From assembly GCA_002269645.1 (NCBI GenBank), contig NIVC01001813.1:124001-188000 (forward strand): DNA of 64,000 nt, read 5' to 3'. Both the position numbers and the translations under genes were made by a program. The notes beneath the pieces are model-generated. The model made no database searches and had not been told where the DNA came from. It saw only the letters and a program-made list of their open reading frames with translations. This DNA comes from Macrostomum lignano. Lineage: Eukaryota. Of this stretch, positions 36,676-49,455 are shown piece after piece (positions within the stretch are counted from its first letter, which is position 1; each line of letters begins with the position of its first letter).

Positions 36676-39600
36676 TCAGCCGGTCTGCACCCGCACATGG
36701 CGGGACAGCAGCGACAAGTAGAAGTCGACGCTCTTGACCTCGGTGAGCAGGAACAAGACCCTGTTGTACATGTCCATGGCATCGGCCGAGTCCCTGCCAG
36801 CACCTTCAGCAGGTCCTGTGTGCAGCGCAGGTACAAATTCTGGTAGCCCCGCAGCTGGCGCTCGTCCACTCGCACAGTCTTGTAGTCGGGCAGGAAGAAG
36901 TACATGCCCAGCAGCAGCACCACCCCGATGTTCAGCCGGTCCCGGAACAGGCCGTGGCACTGCTCGTACAGACGAGCGGCCGCCAGGTACACCGTGGCCA
37001 CCTCGGCGTCGGAAATCAGGGGAATGTCGCCCTTGGTGAGGTCAGCGAATAGCCCGTTGACGATGTCCAGCAGCGGCTGCTGAAGGCTGTCGGCAGTGTC
37101 GCGGCAGCTGGCATCGAAGGAGGCGGCCGGGGCGCAGCGGACGGTCATGATGCCGCTGGCCGGGTGGTAGTGCAGGCCGCGCAGGATGCTGATGAGGCCG
37201 CTGATCTTCTCCTGCGGGCGGCGTTGGAGAGTTCGGCTCTGCAGCGGATCTGATGAGAGTCTGCCTTGCCTGTCTCTGAGAGTGTGCTTAATATGTCTCT
37301 GAGAGTGTGCTTAATATGTCTCTGAGAGTGTGCTTAATATGTCTCTGAGATTCTGCCTCGCCTGTCTCTGAGAGTCTACTTCGCCTGTCTCTGAGATTCT
37401 GCCTCGCCTGTCTCTGAGATTCTGCCTCGCCTGTCTCTGAGATTCTGCCTCGCCTGTCTCTGAGATTCTGCCTCGCCTGTCTCTGAGGTCTGCTTCGCCT
37501 GTCTCTGAGATTCTGCCTCGCCTGTCTTTGAGAGTCTGCTTCGCCTGTCTCTGAGATTTTGCCTCGCCTGTCTCTGAGATTCTGCCTCGCCTGTCTCTGA
37601 GATTCTGCCTCGCCTGTCTCTGAGATTCTGCCTCGCCTGTCTCTGAGATTCTGCCTCGCCTGTCTCTGAGGTCTGCTTCGCCTGTCTCTGAGATTCTGCC
37701 TCGCCTGTCTCTGAGAGTCTGCTTCGCCTGTCTCTGAGATTCTGCCTCGCCTGTCTCTGAGATTCTGCCTCGCCTGTCTCTGAGGTCTGCTTCGCCTGTC
37801 TCTGAGATTCTGCCTCGCCTGTCTTTGAGAGTCTGCTTCGCCTGTCTCTGAGATTCTGCCTCGCCTGTCTCTGAGATTCTGCCTCGCCTGTCTCTGAGAT
37901 TCTGCCTCGCCTGTCTCTGAGATTCTGCCTCGCCTGTCTCTGAGGTCTGCTTCGCCTGTCTCTGAGATTCTGCCTCGCCTGTCTTTGAGAGTCTGCTTCG
38001 CCTGTCTCTGAGAGTCTGCTTCGCCTGTCTCTGAGATTCTGCCTCGCCTGTCTCTGAGATTCTGCCTCGCCTGTCTCTGAGGTCTGCTTCGCCTGTCTCT
38101 GAGATTCTGCCTCGCCTGTCTTTGAGAGTCTGCTTCGCCTGTCTCTGAGATTCTGCCTCGCCTGTCTCTGAGATTCTGCCTCGCCTGTCTCTGAGATTCT
38201 GCCTCGCCTGTCTCTGAGATTCTGCCTCGCCTGTCTCTGAGGTCTGCTTCGCCTGTCTCTGAGATTCTGCCTCGCCTGTCTTTGAGAGTCTGCTTCGCCT
38301 GTCTCTGAGATTCTGCCTCGCCTGTCTCTGAGATTCTGCCTCGCCTGTCTCTGAGATTCTGCCTCGCCTGTCTCTGAGAGTCTGCCTCGCCTGTCTCTGA
38401 GATTCTGCCTCGCCTGTCTCTGAGATTCTGCCTCGCCTGTCTCTGAGATTCTGCCTCGCCTGTCTCTGAGATTCTGCCTCGCCTGTCTCTGAGGTCTACT
38501 TCGCCTGTCTCTGAGATTCTGCCTCGCCTGTCTTTGAGAGTCTGCTTCGCCTGTCTCTGAGATTCTGCCTCGCCTGTCTCTGAGATTCTGCCTCGCCTGT
38601 CTCTGAGATTCTGCCTCGCCTGTCTCTGAGATTCTGCCTCGCCTGTCTCTGAGATTCTGCCTCGCCTGTCTCTGAGGTCTGCTTCGCCTGTCTCTGAGAT
38701 TCTGCCTCGCCTGTCTTTGAGAGTCTGCTTCGCCTGTCTCTGAGATTCTGCCTCGCCTGTCTTTGAGAGTCTGCTTCTCCTGTCTCTGAGATTCTGCCTC
38801 GCCTGTCTCTGAGAGTCTGCTTCGCCTGTCTCTGAGATTCTGCCTCGCCTGTCTCTGAGAGTCTACTTCGCCTGTCTCTGAGATTCTGCCTCGCCTGTCT
38901 CTGAGATTCTGCCTCGTCTGTCTCTGAGAGTCTGCTTCGCCTGTTTGAGATTCTGCCTCACCTGTCTCTGATAGTCGGCTTTACCTGCCCCTGAGAGTCT
39001 GCTTCACCTGCCCCTGAGAGTCTGCTTCACCTGCCCCTGAGAGTCTGCTTCACCTGCCCCTGAGAGTCTGCTTCACCTGCCCCTGAGAGTCTGCTTCACC
39101 TGCCCCTGAGAGTCTGCTTCACCTGCCCCTGAGAGTCTGCTTCACCTGCCCCTGAGAGTCTGCTTCACCTGCCCCTGAGAGTCTGCTTCACCTGCCCCTG
39201 AGAGTCTGCTTCACCTGCCCCTGAGAGTCTGCTTCACCTGCCCCTGAGAGTCTGCTTCACCTGTGCCCAAGAATCTGCCTTGCAACGCTGTCCCACAAAA
39301 AGCCAAGGCTTGAATGCCGAGCAGCTCTCACCGACACCATGGCCGACACGAGACGCCTGTCGAGCTCCTCGAAGAAGGGCAGAAACCGGATGATCGACAG
39401 TGTCCTCTTGGTGACGGCCTCCAGCAGGTTCAGGCCGCTCAGCGTGTCCCGCACGGCGAGGCTCTCCCTGGGGCAGTCGAACGGCATGCAGAACATGTCC
39501 GCCAGTTTGTAAAAGTGCACAAACAGGCTCCTGTCCATCAGCGGCGCGCCCTCCTCATCGCCTCCAGCCAGACTGCGGATCAGCCCGAGTGGCGGCGCGG

Positions 39601-40828
39601 CCGATGGATCCACGGATGGGGGCGCCGGCGCCAACTGCGTCTGCGGCGGCGAGCGGGAGGCGGCTTCCTCGAATTGGGTCGGTGACGAGGACGCCTTGCT
39701 GGACTGGCGCCCGCGCTGCTGCTGCTTCGAGTTTCCCAGGGCGCCTTCGGGTGAAATTTGCGAGTTGCATATAATCACCGATTGTCAACATGGCGCCAAG
39801 TTAGCACCGATTGTCAACATGGCGCCAAATTAGCGCCGATTGTTAACATGGGCGCCAAATTAGCGCCGATTGACAACATATCGCCAAATTAGCGCCGATT
39901 GACAACATGGCGCCAAATTAGCGCCGATTGTTAACATGGCGCTAATTTAGAGCCAAAATTGTTGTCACCTTTGTAGAAACGGCGCCAAGCAAGCATGAAA
40001 GGCGGCACGAGAAGAAGAGGCCAACCACTCACCAGCAGCAGTTCCGGTTGCGGTCTTCTTGAACTTGTACTTTCTCTCCCGGCTCTTCTGCATGCCGGCC
40101 AAGAGGCATTTTTGAAATCGGCAGGCGGCGCAGGACTTTCTGGACGGGCCGACGATCCGGCAGTTGCCGTTCTGGTAGCAGACCAGTTGCTGGGGCGGAG
40201 GGTGGCGGGAGGATGTCCGGCTGTCGCGTTCTGGACAAACTTTGGTTACTATAAGAGGGCTGGAAGGGTTGGCAGTGGCCCCTGAAGTACCAGCGGAGGG
40301 GGTATCAGCAGCCCCTGAAGTACCAGCGGAGGGGGTATCAGCAGCCCCTGAAGTACCAGCGGAGGGGGTATCAGCAGCCCCTGAAGTACCAGCGGAGGGG
40401 GTATCAGCAGCCCCTGAAGTACCAGCGGAGGGGGTATCAGCAGCCCCTGAAGTACCAGCGGAGGGGGTATCAGCAGCCCCTGAAGTACCAGCGGAGGGGG
40501 TATCAGCAGCCCCTGAAGTACCAGCGGAGGGGGTATCAGCAGCCCCTGAAGTACCAGCGGAGGGGGTATCAGCAGCCCCTGAAGTACCAGCGGAGGGGGT
40601 ATCAGCAGCCCTCACCCGGACGGCGGACGGGAGAAGCACAGCAAGCGCATGTCACAGTGACACAGGCCTCACCTTTCCGGTGTTTCTGCTGTAGAAAATG
40701 CGGCAGCTGACGCAACTCGGCACGCCGAAATTCTTGCGCACGTTGGCGCCGGTGCCGCAGACCTGGCACTCCTCCAGCGGCCGGCAGGTGGCGGTCAGCA
40801 GGGAGCTCTCGGGCTTGAGCATCGCCAT
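36676..40828 (-). CDS. Divergent nuclear hormone receptor (C4 zinc-finger DBD + LBD), 4 exons (40828 [or 40897]..40673; 40189..40033; 39744..39332; 37211..36676), with a 1-nt frameshift near 36797
   Basis: Finger 1 is CQVC-x14-CVSCRIFYSR and finger 2 is CYQNGNC-x9-CAACRFQKCLLAGM. The LBD helix 3-5 signature reads AVTKRTLSIIRFLPFFEELDRRLVSAMVS|EKISGLISILR. Helix 9-11-like segments are YQNLYLRCTQDLLKVL and MYNRVLFLLTEVKSVDF. Phases 0,1,0 are consistent, although intron 2 needs an AAG acceptor. Exon 4 is 536 nt, one short of a multiple of 3. Confidence 0.85.
37265..39256 (+). repeat. Two adjacent 23-bp minisatellites in nuclear receptor intron 3
   Basis: CTGTCTCTGAGATTCTGCCTCGC (37265-~38960) is followed by a homogeneous CCTGCCCCTGAGAGTCTGCTTCA array of about 12 copies (~38985-39256). 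Confidence 0.96.
39778..39952 (+). repeat. 29-bp repeat x6 in nuclear receptor intron 2
   Basis: Unit GGCGCCAAATTAGCGCCGATTG(TT/TC)AACAT. Confidence 0.9.
40278..40612 (+). repeat. Perfect 33-bp minisatellite x10 in nuclear receptor intron 1 (between the two zinc fingers)
   Basis: Unit GCCCCTGAAGTACCAGCGGAGGGGGTATCAGCA. Confidence 0.96.
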
Positions 40829-42984
40829 GGAAACTGCTGGCAGCTGAGCAACTGCCACGCTGGGCTGCTGTGCTGCGGTGTGCATCACTGACTGCATGCT
40901 TCGGCAGCGCGGGGGAGTCGAGTCGAGCGGATTTGTGGGCTCTTGATTGACTTTCCAAGTTTTTGCCTGTTTTCTGCACCGACTCCGTCAGAAAAGGGGA
41001 ATGAAAATTGTAAAGACCGTTTAAATGTCTTTTCAGTAGTTCAGTTTGTCGATCAACAAATCACAAAGTTGGGGAAAGGAGTTTGAAATTTGGCTAAGGT
41101 GCACGGAGCATCCCAGTTAGATTTCCTGGGGATTGGGGAAGGAATTAAGTGCTGTTAGTTGTCAGTCGGCAACACGGGCAGTTTGAGATTCAGTTGGATA
41201 GGGCAAGAGAAGCAGGCAGGCTTACTAAAATGCGTCAGTTGGGTTGTAGTAGCCGGGTTGAGAAACACTATGATAGCCAACAGGCAAAAACAGCGGAGGG
41301 CAAGAGAGGCAGAACCGGGGGGCTCTTCCTGTCATTGGCTGCGGGTTGAGAATTCAGAAGGAAGGTTTGCCCGCAGGGCCTGCAGAGGGAATGCAGGGTG
41401 GGGTGGAGTCAGTAGAGAACGAACGAACCAAACGGCAAAACAAGTCTTGCTGGGGCTGAGCGGTGGGTGGTGGGTATTTTCCCTCAAAACTAGGGGTGGG
41501 TGGGTCCTGTGTTGTTTGCACTTTAGGCACGGGCAGACAGTGGAGGCTGTCGGGGCATATGAAATAAATGGCCTTCACAATTCCCAGGCCGATTCTCATT
41601 GGCTGCCGGGGAGTAAAGGTCAGCCAATGCGAGGGCCCGAGACTGAAATTGCTTCTGCCCTTCAAGTTCTTAGTGTACATTTTAGTCAGTTAGGCAAGGC
41701 CTCGTACAGTAAGAAAGAACTTCATATGAACCTTCTTGAGGTAAGGTCAGCCAGCTTAATGGCACGCACGCGATGCTTTGACGTTTTTGAAATTGAATGC
41801 CTGCCTTGTAAAGGAAAAAAGGTCCTTCAACAGAAGCTTCAACATAAAACATTTTTAATAAAAACCAGGCTCAGGCAGTTTTCAAGGGATTATTCAAATT
41901 TGAATGAAATGAACTATTGTATTTTAACGAACTTTACTTTTCGAAAAATGATAAAAAAGTTTGTTGAAAGTAGTACATAGTGTCTGAGAGATAGATCATT
42001 GTCGATCAAACCATGCATTTCAGGCAGATCAAAAATATTCAAGTAACATTTATCCGTTCGTTGCGATCTTTATTTCTTCGTTCTTACTGTGCCAGAGGCG
42101 CACAGCGAGTGCTGGTTTTGTTGCTAAAAATAAATGCTTGGCAGTGCTCAGTGCGCAGATATCATAGAAAGGAAACTGGAAAGATTAACCGGGTCTCTCC
42201 TTTTTGCTCCACCCAGTGTGCTGCTATTCGCTGCGCAAAAACAAATCGAGCTTATTTTAGAGTTTAGACGCAATCTTTTATGTAACTGAGGCTGATGAGA
42301 ATTGAGAGAACTGGCTGGCCCCCCAGCCATTCAAGACAGAAACAGAATGCATTTTTCAATCAAAAAATAGCTTTCAAACAGCCGAAAAAATCCAACAGTA
42401 GCAAATCTATTATACTCGTAAGTAAATCTTATTCTAATTTGTAGGAACAGATTGCACACAGGCTGTGCAGAAGCTACAGCAGTGCAAAAGTGCAAATCAC
42501 ATGATAATAACTCACTGCCAATTGCTTGAGCTGCCCCAGCATTGGACGCAATTGGGGTGGGTGCTTACAGAACGGGGAACGGGGTGGTGCGGGACAGGAC
42601 CACGCGGGGCCGGCGTGCAAGTGTCCGCGAACTCGCAAACCAGCTAGCTCTTCACATGCTGCACATGCATAAGTGCACAAGTACAGATGTACGCATCAGA
42701 TGTTAAACAGCAACCCAGCTGTCCTTTTCTGCGACCCAGAAATCTAGCTGCACAGTTATTTTGAATCGTAATAAACAGTGCTATGCATGTACTCTATGCA
42801 TGGGTGACAGACACTTCTATGCAATTATTTTGCTTGCTTTTTGGAGATTAAGGTAAAGCTAACACGGCTAAATTAAATTGCTTGTACCACCAGTACACAC
42901 GGCAGCCCACTGCCTGCTCAAGCACACTATTACATGTACTCACTTGGAATCTCACTGCATTTCACTGGCCTCTCACTCACTGAG

Positions 42985-43560
42985 GGAGATGAAGAGGGGG
43001 GAGAGGGGGTGAAAGAAGGCAGAGAAAGGACGGGGAGAGGGTATAGGAGGGGTCGAGAGGGCAGAGGAGAGGGAGAGGGCAGACAAAGGAGGGGGAAGAG
43101 GGCAGAGGAGTGGAGAGGGGAAGAGGGCAGAGGAGTGGAGAGGGCGAGGAGTGGAGAGGGGGAGAGGGCAGAGGAGTGGAGAGGGGGAGAGGGCAGAGGA
43201 GTGGAGAGGGGAAGAGGGCAGAGGAGTGGAGAGGGGAAGAGGGCAGAGGAGTGGAGAGGGGAAGAGGGCAGAGGAGTGGAGAGGGGGAGAGGGCAGAGGA
43301 GTAGAGAGGGGAAGAGGGCAGAGGAGTGGAGAGGGGAAGAGGGCAGAGGAGTGGAGAGGGGAAGAGGGCAGAGGAGTGGAGAGGGGAAGAGGGCAGAGGA
43401 GTGGAGAGGGGAAGAGGGCAGAGGAGTGGAGAGGGGAAGAGGGCAGAGGAGTGGAGAGGGGGAGAGGGCAGAGGAGTGGAGAGGGGAAGAGGGCAGAGGA
43501 GTGGAGAGGGGGAGAGGGCAGAGGAGTGGAGAGGGCAGAGGAGGGGGGGGGGCAGGCTTC
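42985..43560 (+). repeat. 25-bp homopurine-rich minisatellite
   Basis: Unit GGAGTGGAGAGGGGAAGAGGGCAGA. Confidence 0.95.
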
Positions 43561-44669
43561 AGATAGGAAAAACAATCCGCCTGCTCGCTACGGCGACCCA
43601 GTACATGTTTCATGCATAGCATACATTCAAACAAAAAATGTGAAAATCCAAAAAACTAAAACAACACAAAAACAACAAAAAACAGCATTTACTCATAAAG
43701 TACAGTAAGCAAGCAGTTCAACTACAGTACGCCTTTTAAAGTTAGTATTAGTTTAGTTTAGAAGTAGTCGGGCTAGATCGGTTTGTCTTTGCTGGAGGGC
43801 CAGGCTCAATGGACGGAGTCGTTTGATTCGTTTCGTTTGAGTCGTTTGACTCCTTTGATGCAAGGAGTCGAGCATCAAAGACCGGCAGGAGGAGTCACTG
43901 CGCAGCTGACTGCACCTACGGATCCGTCCAGCGTGAGAACAGTGAACCGGCGCGCGGGAGATGCGGATGCGGCTTCAGCAAGTCGGCCGGAAGCTGGATC
44001 GCGCAAGTCGACGGGATCGCAGCGTGGTGTCAGGCAAGCTCCAGCAGGCATCAGCGGCGCCAGTGAGAAAGCCCAGGACATCCCCAGTACGACCGAGAGT
44101 CGCGGTACAAGGACTTCTGCTGGCGAGGCTTGTGCAGCCGGACGAAGGAGGTTCAGCAGTCACGGTGGCAGACAGCGATGACCAGGGCCTCAGCGACATC
44201 ACCGGTTTTCGGCGTCAGCGAGCGACTTCGGGTGCCAGAGTGCCAATCATCGGGTCGGCTCGTGGATCGGTTGTCCGTCGTGTTGGAGTCGAGCAGGAGT
44301 CCGGCGCGGTCCATCCGGCCTGATCTAATTCATTTTAGTGTATTTTTCGACAGATTTTTTGGTTCAATTCTTTTTTTTAATTGACAATTTGACATTATAA
44401 AACTGCTGTTTAACGTTAATGTTGCAGGGAATTTTTCAAAGTTAAAGTAACATCGGTAGACACTTGTGCGATTTTTTTTTCGTTGCGTTGCGTTTTTCAT
44501 CCGGAAGCTGTTGCGTTTTTCATTTTCCGCGTTTATTTCTCTCGTATTTATCGTCCAAAAATGCGTTTCCTCAATACATTTTCATATGCGTCTAACTCGC
44601 TTTTTGTTGTTGTTGGGAGGATGTTGTGCAGTCGTGCCCTTTTTCGCCCTCGTGCCCCGCCCCAACCCT

Positions 44670-46182
44670 TGAGGTAGTGGAGAGGTAGACAAAGGAGGGG
44701 GAAAGGGTAGAGGAGTGGAGAGGGAGACAAAGGAGGGGAGAGGGTAGAGGAGTGGAGAGGGAGACAAAGGAGGGGAGAGGGTAGAGGAGTGGAGAGGGAG
44801 ACAAAGGAGGGGAGAGGATAGAGGAGTGGAGAGGGAGACAAAGGAGGGGAGAGGGTAGAGGAGTGGAGAGGGAGACAAAGGAGGGGAGAGGGTAGAGGAG
44901 TGGAGAGGGAGACAAAGGAGGGGAGAGGGTAGAGGAGTGGAGAGGGAGACAAAGGAGGGGAGAGGGTAGAGGAGTGGAGAGGGAGACAAAGGAGGGGAGA
45001 GGGTAGAGGAGTGGAGAGGGAGACAAAGGAGGGGAGAGGGTAGAGGAGTGGAGAGGGAGACAAAGGAGGGGAGAGGGTAGAGGAGTGGAGAGGGAGACAA
45101 AGGAGGGGAGAGGGTAGAGGAGTGGAGAGGTAGACAAAGGAGGGGAGAGGGTAGAGGAGTGGAGAGGGAGACAAAGGAGGGGGAAAGGGTAGAGGAGTGG
45201 AGAGGGAGACAAAGGAGGGGAGAGGGTAGAGGAGTGGAGAGGTAGACAAAGGAGGGGGAGAGGGTAGAGGAGTGGAGAGGGAGACAAAGGAGGGGAGAGG
45301 GTAGAGGAGTGGAGAGGGAGACAAAGGAGGGGAGAGGGTAGAGGAGTGGAGAGGGAGACAAAGGAGGGGAGAGGATAGAGGAGTGGAGAGGGAGACAAAG
45401 GAGGGGAGAGGGTAGAGGAGTGGAGAGGGAGACAAAGGAGGGGAGAGGGTAGAGGAGTGGAGAGGGAGACAAAGGAGGGGAGAGGGTAGAGGAGTGGAGA
45501 GGGAGACAAAGGAGGGGAGAGGGTAGAGGAGTGGAGAGGGAGACAAAGGAGGGGAGAGGGTAGAGGAGTGGAGAGGGAGACAAAGGAGGGGAGAGGGTAG
45601 AGGAGTGGAGAGGGAGACAAAGGAGGGGAGAGGGTAGAGGAGTGGAGAGGGAGACAAAGGAGGGGAGAGGGTAGAGGAGTGGAGAGGTAGACAAAGGAGG
45701 GGAGAGGGTAGAGGAGTGGAGAGGGAGACAAAGGAGGGGGAAAGGGTAGAGGAGTGGAGAGGGAGACAAAGGAGGGGAGAGGGTAGAGGAGTGGAGAGGG
45801 AGACAAAGGAGGGGGAGAGGGTAGAGGAGTGGAGAGGGAGACAAAGGAGGGGAGAGGGTAGAGGAGTGGAGAGGGAGACAAAGGAGGGGGAGAGGGTAGA
45901 GGAGTGGAGAGGGAGACAAAGGAGGGGAGAGGGTAGAGGAGTGGAGAGGGAGACAAAGGAGGGAGAGGGTAGAGGAGTGGAGAGGGAGACAAAGGAGGGG
46001 AGAGGGTAGAGGAGTGGAGAGGTAGACAAAGGAGGGGAGAGGGTAGAGGAGTGGAGAGGGAGACAAAGGAGGGGAGAGGGTAGAGGAGTGGAGAGGGAGA
46101 CAAAGGAGGGGAGAGGGTAGAGGAGTGGAGAGGTAGACAAAGGAGGGGAGAGGGTAGAGGAGTGGAGAGGTAGACAAAGGAG
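44670..46182 (+). repeat. 37-bp homopurine-rich minisatellite (~40 copies)
   Basis: Unit GGAGTGGAGAGGGAGACAAAGGAGGGGAGAGGGTAGA. Confidence 0.96.
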
Positions 46183-47329
46183 ACGCGGAGGTCACTACCG
46201 AACCGGTTTAAATATCGGATAAGGCAAGAACTGGCCGCAGAAGCGACCCAATTATAAGATTAGGTCTACAGTACGTATCCAGACCGTTGGGCATCAGAAT
46301 CCACAAGCCAGGTACGAATATAGGCAGTACTGATTCGATCTCCGATATGTGTCGATAATAATTTTATAAACTACGGAAAGCACAGCGAAGTGATAAGGAA
46401 AGCCCGAATGAGCAACATGATCTCAATGAGCTCGATGAGATTGAAAGGAAGTCAATACAACAAAATAAACATTTTACATGTGCTCAGAATTTCTTTTATA
46501 TACTCGAATCGGTGGGTGCTCACGTTCATAGGAATATATATTTAAAATATTACTAAATAGATAACAGGGCACGCGAGTAGTATGCTACTAATGTGTAATA
46601 TTATCGAATTTGTACTAATAAAAACGTGAATAAATATAGGATTACTAATGCTATACAAAGGGCTAACTTCAACACATGGCAGATGGAGTGTACTATAAAA
46701 GTACAACTGCGAGAGACTTATTTTTCAAAGAGTTTTGATGCCAGGCAGCCACGAAGAATAAAGGGCAGTTCGATGCTGCCCGAATATCACAAGGTGAAGG
46801 AGACAGATCTTATAGATGCAGAATTTGACAGCTCATTCTAGTGGGGAAAGTGGCATACTTTGGCAAGCCTAAATTAAAATTACAATGACAAAACTTTCAT
46901 CAACTGAAAACAGCTTTACTTCACTATCAATAAACAGTGGTATCAGATATTCTTGCGTAAATCTGACTCAGAAAAACTTTAGAAACTTTCATGCCTACTT
47001 GCCTACCCGTTTATCAGTAGGCAGATGAGAAAATTTCGGAAGGGAGCAGAAAAATGTACAGTAAATAAGAAAACACAAATCATAGTCTTGCACTGACCTG
47101 CAGTAATTGAAAAAGTTACAAGAGCAAACAACGGCTAACGGGGAGGCTCGTGCGCACCGATGACGTCATGGAGGGTGGGGGCGGGCGGGAAGCTTCAACG
47201 TTGTAACAATATGGATATATATATATATAGACCGATTTCTGCGTTAGCTGATTCATACTATTGGAAACAAGTTGCGTTTTTATTCAGACGGCTCTGGAAA
47301 ATAATAGGGAAATGGGAGCCTGCAGGAAA

Positions 47330-48240
47330 CAGAGAAGAGGGAAATGAGGAGAGAGGAGCGAATAGAGGAGAATAGAGAGGAGAGGAGAGGAGAGGAGAGT
47401 AGAGGAGAGAAAAGAGAAGAGGAGATAGGAGGGAGAGGAGAGTATAGGAGAGAAAAGAGAAGAGGAGATAGGAGGGAGAGGAGAGTATAGGAGAGCAGAG
47501 AGGAGAGGAGAGGAGAGGAGAGGAGAGCAGAGAGGAGAGGAGAGTAGAGGAGAGAAAAGAGGAGAGGAGAGAGGAGAGGAGAGGAGAGAGGAGAGGAGAG
47601 AGGAGAGGAGAGGAGAGTATAGGAGAGCAGAGAGGAGAGGAGACGAGAGTAGAGGAGAGAAAAGAGGAGAGGAGAGAGGAGAGGAGAGGAGAGGAGAGGA
47701 GAGGAGAGTATAGGAGAGCAGAGAAGAGAGGAGAGGAGAGTAGAGGAGAGAAAAGAGGAGAGGAGAGAGGAGAGGAGAGGAGAGGAGAGGAGAGGAGAGG
47801 AGAGTATAGGAGAGCAGAGAGGAGAGGAGACGAGAGTAGAGGAGAGAAAAGAGGAGAGGAGAGAGGAGAGGAGAGGAGAGAGGAGAGGAGAGGAGAGAGG
47901 AGAGGAGAGAGGAGAGGAGAGAGGAGAGGAGAGAGGAGAGGAGAGAGGAGAGGAGAGGAGAGGAGACGAGAGTAGAGGAGAGAAAAGAGGAGAGGAGAGG
48001 AGAGAGGAGAGGAGAGGAGAGGAGAGAGGAGAGTATAGGAGAGCAGAGAGGAGAGGAGACGAGAGTAGAGGAGAGAAAAGAGGAGAGGAGAGAGGAGAGG
48101 AGAGGAAAGGAGAGCAGAGATGAGAGTATAGGAGAGCAGAGAGGAGAGGAGACGAGAGTAGAGGAGTGAAAAGAGGAGAGGAGAGTAGAGGAGAGAAAAG
48201 AGGAGAGGAGAGGTGAGGGAGAGGAGAGAAGGCTAAGAGC
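47330..48240 (+). repeat. GA-rich degenerate satellite
   Basis: (GAGAG)n with recurring AGTATAGGAGAGC and GACGAGAGTAGA modules. Confidence 0.93.
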
Positions 48241-48884
48241 AGGATGGACGGGAACTTGAATCCGGATGGACGAGTTCGGGTTCCAATGGTGCCTCCAACA
48301 CGGTTCGGTATTCCCAAATTTGACTCTCATCGCTCAATGAACAAGGCATACATTTTAAATGATGGAGCAGACTATGCATAACAAAGTTGCTTGCAAGGTT
48401 GTAACAAATTGAAATGATGTCACAATTTTGGCGGGCGACAACGGTAACTTAACAAAAGGTCACTCCGAGACACGGCTGGGTGTGTGGCAGATGCAAACGC
48501 GCTACTTATTACTGGCAAGCGCCAGTTGAAAAGTAGTGCGCGCGGATATTAGTTGATAAAAAATAATTGTTACAAGTGAATAAATTACACGTCTTCAAGT
48601 TGAATCTTCGCAAGCGGATAAGCCGGACATCAAGCCAGGGGGGCAAAGGGGGCGGGAAATGGAGGAGCCACTAAAGAAGAAAGTCGCGATTTTTTAGCAA
48701 GATAGTGATTAGTGAAGCTGCAAATTTAGCTCGAATGGTCTGTCTCTTTGAATTCATTTTCATTTTTCTGAACTGGAAAACTTCAATAGAGATTTGATTT
48801 ATTTCATGTTTGCATTATTCGAATTATAACAAATACTAAATCCTTGTTGAAGCTCCGCTACCTAGCCAGAACTCAACCCGTACT

Positions 48885-49370
48885 CAAGCGAGGGTGAGAC
48901 AGGGGTGCGACAGGGGTGAGATAGGGTGGAGACAGGGGTAAAGATAATGTGAGACAGGGGTAAGATAGGGGTGAGACAGGGGTAAGATAGGGGTGAGATA
49001 GGGGTGAGACAGGGGTGAGATAGGGTGGAGACAGGGGTAAGATAGGGGTGAGACAGGGGTAAGATAGGGGTGAGATAGGGGTGCGACAGGGGTGAGATAG
49101 GGTGGAGACAGGGGTAAAGATAATGTGAGACAGGGGTAAGATAGGGGTGAGACAGGGGTAAGATAGGGGTGAGATAGGGGTGAGACAGGGGTAAGATAGG
49201 GGTGAGACAGGGGTGAGACAGGGGTAAGATAGGGTGAGACAGGGCTGAGACAGGGGTAAGATAGGGGTAAGATAGGGCTGAGACAGGGGTAAGATAGGGT
49301 GAGACAGGGGTGAGACAGGGGTAAGATAGGGGTGAGACAGGGGTAAGATAGGGTGAGACAGGGTGGGACA
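48885..49370 (+). repeat. 11/22-bp minisatellite 3' of GRB2
   Basis: Units GGGGTAAGATA and GGGGTGAGACA. Confidence 0.94.
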
Positions 49371-49455
49371 GTCAAGTAGATCCAATGAGTCAGCACAGCA
49401 GTTGATCACACAGTCAAAGCAGTTCCAGTCTGCACCCCAAGCAGCACGCGCTCGC

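Noticed and set aside
36790-36803. 10-nt GT..AG micro-intron as an explanation of the receptor frameshift
   Set aside because: It is too short to splice, and removing it lands in the wrong (third) frame.
41159-41980. 273-aa ORF upstream of the nuclear receptor
   Set aside because: It has a non-ATG start, no recognisable domain, and codon usage unlike the real genes here.
46626-46990. Possible decayed transposase fragment
   Set aside because: No diagnostic motif could be recognised.
42934-48330. 200-540 aa Pro/Ser/Leu-rich or Glu/Arg/Gly-rich ORFs
   Set aside because: Homopurine/homopyrimidine repeats lack stop codons by composition.
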